A stretch of 36,267 nucleotides of DNA from a virus. Location: UHGV virus genome UHGV-0220921; one strand, written 5' to 3'. The notes under the pieces are model-generated. The model ran no database searches. It saw nothing but the letters and a program-made list of their open reading frames with translations, and was not told the origin of the DNA. This document shows, in pieces, positions 33,098-36,267 of this stretch (positions are counted from its first letter, which is position 1; each line of letters opens with the position of its first letter). Position numbers and translations under genes: made by a program.

Positions 33098-33171
33098 CCT
33101 CTGATTCCCCCAATTATGATATAATACTTATGTCGGAAATATTATTCATAGTCGGAGGAATCCGACTTTTT

Positions 33172-33639
33172 TTATTTTGTACGTGAAATGAGTTCTCCTG
33201 ATTTATACGCCTCAGCAAATTCAACCAAAGCTACTGCCTTCATTCTCTCGATAGTTCTATCGGAATATCCTAATTTTTCTCCTATTTGATACATCGTCAT
33301 CTTATTAGGAAAACAATAACTATAATAAAGTACCTGGAAATGGATTCTACTTAGCCGTGTTAATGCATCGATAACCGAATCTCGAGTACTTATCGCTTCA
33401 ATGATTTCTTCGTTTTGACTGTCAATTGTGAATTTCAAATTTTTGGTAACAGTCATCACGGAAAAGTCTATTTTCACTGGTCCGACCAAACGTTCTAAAT
33501 TTCTGTATCTTTTTAGTAATCGTCTAGCATTTTTCCTTGTTTGCTTAATATCTATATTCTCTAAAATGTTCACAATTGCCTCTTCTCCTTCCAGTTGTGG
33601 GATAACGCTCATTGTTGTAGGATAGTTGTAAAAAAGCAA
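33172..33639 (-). CDS. ArpU-family phage transcriptional regulator (late gene activator)
   Basis: LKRYRNLERL and the C-terminal HTH YQIGEKLGYSDRTIERMKAVALVEFAEAY are typical of ArpU/RinA-type regulators. Confidence 0.7.
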   Translation of the reverse strand: MLFYNYPTTMSVIPQLEGEEAIVNILENIDIKQTRKNARRLLKRYRNLERLVGPVKIDFSVMTVTKNLKFTIDSQNEEIIEAISTRDSVIDALTRLSRIHFQVLYYSYCFPNKMTMYQIGEKLGYSDRTIERMKAVALVEFAEAYKSGELISRTK

Positions 33640-33641
33640 AA

Positions 33642-33935
33642 TTAAGATTTTATAACTTCCATATCCACCAATCTCGCTACTGCTAAATTCTCTTTGCTTT
33701 TCGCTAACCGCTTGTCACATTCCATCGTGTTTTCAATGCGAATGATCGCTGAGTGATTATAGAGATGCTCTACATATCCACGAAATGGATAGATGAACCC
33801 TTCTGCTTCGCAGCGAACCATGTCACCGACTTTGAATTTTGGTTTCTTACGTGTTTTAGGATTCTTTGTCTGCATATCTAGCATTAAACCGCCGATACCA
33901 TGACTACTAGCGTAAAATCCGTCTTTTAGTTTCAT
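33642..33935 (-). CDS. small protein, DUF2187/YkvS-like
   Basis: KFKVGDMVRCEAEGFIYPFRGYVEHLYNHSAIIRIEN resembles YkvS-type proteins (from memory). Confidence 0.35.
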   Translation of the reverse strand: MKLKDGFYASSHGIGGLMLDMQTKNPKTRKKPKFKVGDMVRCEAEGFIYPFRGYVEHLYNHSAIIRIENTMECDKRLAKSKENLAVARLVDMEVIKS

Positions 33936-34129
33936 TCTTCTACCACCTCTTCCACTGGCACAGCAAATGGCCAGAATCTTTCATCAATTGCTTTTATTTC
34001 TGATTCCGTAAAACGAGTTACTCTGATCGCATCAATGCTGATATTCTCTTCGATATCATAATTCACATAAAGTTTATTCTGTTTTGCTGGTAATTCTATA
34101 AAATATTCAGCTTCTTCTGTGATATTCAT
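33932..34129 (-). CDS. hypothetical small protein
   Basis: ORF track entry. Confidence 0.4.
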   Translation of the reverse strand: MNITEEAEYFIELPAKQNKLYVNYDIEENISIDAIRVTRFTESEIKAIDERFWPFAVPVEEVVEE

Positions 34130-34130
34130 T

Positions 34131-34790
34131 TCACACCTCCACTTTCTCGGCTTCCAAATTCTCTTTCTTTGCTAACAATCTAAAATTTTCATAAAAGTAG
34201 TTGATTGATTCTTCGTCAACCGAACGATCGTCCAAATCAGTAAAAAATTCATCTTTAATACCGTTCACCAAAAGTATTCCATCATCATCAACGCTCTCAA
34301 CGAAATATACCTTCGCCTCATGCTCACCTTTACGAATGACTAAATCGCCTTCGTTTACCACCCACTTAGATTCCTCAACCTCGTAGCCGTCTTTCATGCG
34401 GACAAGGGTTTCGATTGGTTTATTTTTAGAAACATCTAACCAATTCTCAAAATCTGTCTTGTGTGGCCATTCTTCATCATCTAATCCTCTGATTGCTATA
34501 AAAATCGCTAAATCTAACGCATGTTTACTAGCCTCAAACCACTCCGCCACAAACTTCGGTACCACTGGCTTTTGCGTTTCGTCTAGTGTTACTTTTGGTT
34601 GTTCCTCTTTTAGTTTAAATTGATTGTTAAATGTTCTTATATAGCTTGAATACCGCTTGTCACCATCATCATCTTTAATTGCTGGTTCGTTGTAACTATC
34701 CAAAAATACTGGATATTCTTTACCTACTGTCCACCAAGGTCTATCTGATTTTGTACAAATATATGTTTGTCCTTTTTTAATTGTTAACAT
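34131..34790 (-). CDS. hypothetical early protein (DUF1642-like; start trimmed to MLTIKKG)
   Basis: RBS AAGGAG lies 7 nt before ATG 34788-34790. Confidence 0.45.
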   Translation of the reverse strand: MLTIKKGQTYICTKSDRPWWTVGKEYPVFLDSYNEPAIKDDDGDKRYSSYIRTFNNQFKLKEEQPKVTLDETQKPVVPKFVAEWFEASKHALDLAIFIAIRGLDDEEWPHKTDFENWLDVSKNKPIETLVRMKDGYEVEESKWVVNEGDLVIRKGEHEAKVYFVESVDDDGILLVNGIKDEFFTDLDDRSVDEESINYFYENFRLLAKKENLEAEKVEV

Positions 34791-34850
34791 TGTTTTCTCC
34801 TTACCCAAGTTCGACTTCTATCTCGTATTTATCAATCAATTCCTGTTTAT

Positions 34851-35270
34851 TCATCGCTGTTCCTCCAATAACTCGCTATTCTCGTATATATTTCCGATGA
34901 CTTCGTACGTGTATTCTTCAAACAGCTCTGTGTTAAAAATTCGATACTCTAAGTCTTCATCAACAGTGGCACAAACTAGTCCCGAATGTCCTATTGAATT
35001 TTTGACAATACAAACTTTATTATCTAAATAGTCGAATCCATTTTGTACGCTGACTAATACTACATCCCCTTCAAATATTTCTACGCCATTCTTATCTTTC
35101 ATTCCTGTGGATTGCATGAGGTCGATGTTTCGCACGTGATATGATTTCAATTCGGTAGGATTTATCCAATATTCAATAGAGTTTGTTTTGCCGTTTTTAG
35201 TAAAATGCAAGACGGCTACATCTCTCATAACGCTCTTTCGTTTATCCCAAGCTCGAAATCTCGTTATCAT
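34851..35270 (-). CDS. YopX-family protein
   Basis: MITRFRAWDKRKSVM... is the hallmark YopX N-terminus. Confidence 0.65.
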   Translation of the reverse strand: MITRFRAWDKRKSVMRDVAVLHFTKNGKTNSIEYWINPTELKSYHVRNIDLMQSTGMKDKNGVEIFEGDVVLVSVQNGFDYLDNKVCIVKNSIGHSGLVCATVDEDLEYRIFNTELFEEYTYEVIGNIYENSELLEEQR

Positions 35271-35548
35271 TTGCTGTCCTCCTGATTAATATATTTCCTC
35301 AAACTACGTATCCCTTTACCACGTTTTTTTGTTTTGCGCTCAATCCACGTTCCTGTAGTTCCCCAGTAGTCAATAATTCCATTATGGGTATTAATTGCAA
35401 ATTGATGATTGTTTGGATAATGAGTAAATTCAAATCCCAAGGCTTCAATATTTTTAGTTGCTGAATTGCCCATCTTTCTGACATGTTGTTTTCTACGTTC
35501 TTTTAGATGCGGTTTAATATCTTTCCAGTATTCGCCCATATCACCCAT
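35267..35548 (-). CDS. hypothetical protein
   Basis: RBS AGGAGG lies 8 nt before the ATG. Confidence 0.5.
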   Translation of the reverse strand: MGDMGEYWKDIKPHLKERRKQHVRKMGNSATKNIEALGFEFTHYPNNHQFAINTHNGIIDYWGTTGTWIERKTKKRGKGIRSLRKYINQEDSK

Positions 35549-35560
35549 TTCGCTGTCCTC

Positions 35561-35779
35561 CTATCTCCTTGTCCACAATAAAAACCACATCAACTCTTCT
35601 GTCGTACCGTTTAAATAAAGATTTATTTCTGCACCAATCGCAACTAAAATTCCGACAACAAACAAAATAATCCCTACTGCTGTATATTTTTTGCCTTTTG
35701 CACTCTCGTAAATGAGGTATGCTCCTAACATCGCTAGTAAGCCGCCAATTACACACCAAAATATTGTTAGGCTGATCAT
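35561..35779 (-). CDS. small membrane protein (two TM helices)
   Basis: Hydrophobic MISLTIFWCVIGGLLAMLGAYLIY...ILFVVGILVAIGAEI. ATGA overlap with the MazG stop. Confidence 0.5.
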   Translation of the reverse strand: MISLTIFWCVIGGLLAMLGAYLIYESAKGKKYTAVGIILFVVGILVAIGAEINLYLNGTTEELMWFLLWTRR

Positions 35780-36087
35780 TTGTTACCCTCCAAATCACTC
35801 GACTTCACGAATACACCATCTACCATTTTCCCTGTGCGTCCTTTGATTTCGTCGTATGCTTGGTTCAGACACTCGTACAAATCCATATCATTTTGCATAG
35901 CTAAAATAATCAAGGTTACCACTACATCACCAATGCCATCTCTCAAAGCATCCTTCTCTTTTCTAGCTAACGCTGCTGCGACCTCCCCAACTTCTTCGAC
36001 AGTTTTTAACATTTGCTTACTAGATTGGGCTTGATCTAGTCCTTTATCTTTAGCCCACTGCTCTACTTTTGTGATTAGTTCGTTCAT
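35776..36087 (-). CDS. MazG-like nucleotide pyrophosphohydrolase
   Basis: Contains the EEVGEVAAAL and GDVVVTLIILA motifs. Confidence 0.75.
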   Translation of the reverse strand: MNELITKVEQWAKDKGLDQAQSSKQMLKTVEEVGEVAAALARKEKDALRDGIGDVVVTLIILAMQNDMDLYECLNQAYDEIKGRTGKMVDGVFVKSSDLEGNK

Positions 36088-36263
36088 TATTCATTCTCCT
36101 TTATATATTTAAGTTGGATAATACAACTTGTAACAAATGAAGCTAATGTTAAAATTGTGCCGATTGGTGTTAAAAAACCGCTTTTTATCGTATTAATTAA
36201 TATAGCTACAAATATCGTTATATAGAATAAAAAGTGAATTGACGCTAACATTGAATTAAACAT
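36088..36263 (-). CDS. small hydrophobic protein (58 aa) starting 4 nt from the window end
   Basis: Manual translation gives MFNSMLASIHFLFYITIFVAILINTIKSGFLTPIGTILTLASFVTSCIIQLKYIKENE. Its TAA lies just before the MazG RBS. Its own RBS (GAGGAGGA) is only present if window positions 1-9 are joined to the window end. Confidence 0.4.
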
Positions 36264-36267
36264 CTAG

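Noticed and set aside
35541-35798. 85-aa minus-strand ORF overlapping 35561..35779 in another frame
   Set aside because: Its composition is Cys/Arg-rich and not protein-like. The alternative frame encodes a clean two-helix membrane protein with an ATGA junction to MazG.
1-36267. Reading the window as a chromosomal segment with two adjacent prophages, one ending in int/attR and one starting with lysis genes
   Set aside because: The two halves hold exactly complementary module sets with no duplication, and the window end-to-start junction closes an ORF and builds an RBS. A single circularly permuted genome is more parsimonious, though not proven.
1-36267. CRISPR arrays, transposases or insertion sequences, rRNA
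   Set aside because: No spacer-repeat periodicity, DDE or serine-recombinase ORFs, or rRNA-like segments were found on either strand.

Overview
The window reads as one gene-dense, AT-rich genome of a temperate siphovirus (HK97-like head, long non-contractile tail) of a low-GC Gram-positive host, probably Lactobacillales. It looks like a complete genome shown in an arbitrary, circularly permuted linearisation rather than a chromosomal region. The minus-strand early/replication block at 1..5976 continues the minus-strand early block at 29593..36267, and joining the window end to its start closes an ORF and creates an RBS for the next gene. Gene order, transcription running from high to low coordinates on the minus strand, wrapping at the window end: cro-like repressor, Rha/ORF6C antirepressor, single-strand annealing protein, HNH-domain protein, replisome organizer with in-gene iterons, small early proteins, [wrap], MazG, YopX, two sigma-like ArpU-type regulators, a ~0.55 kb ORF-free G-rich structured region, HNH endonuclease, putative cos site, terS, terL, portal, prohead protease, major capsid protein, neck proteins, major tail protein, G/GT frameshifted chaperone, tape measure, Dit, Tal with lysozyme-like and NlpC/P60 domains, CHAP protein, tail fibers, XkdX, a two-part holin region split by an in-frame TGA, and a signal-peptide amidase endolysin. 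On the plus strand lie the lysogeny genes (XRE/cI-like repressor, ImmA metalloprotease, lysine-rich small protein, lipoprotein, tyrosine integrase), then an attP-like region with a tRNA 3'-fragment flanked by direct 17-mer repeats, an intact tRNA-Met(CAT), and a promoter/terminator-bounded moron encoding a small protein translationally coupled to a GNAT acetyltransferase (toxin-antitoxin-like). No transposases, CRISPR arrays or rRNA were seen. Protein family names are assigned from motif recognition by eye and memory, not from searches.
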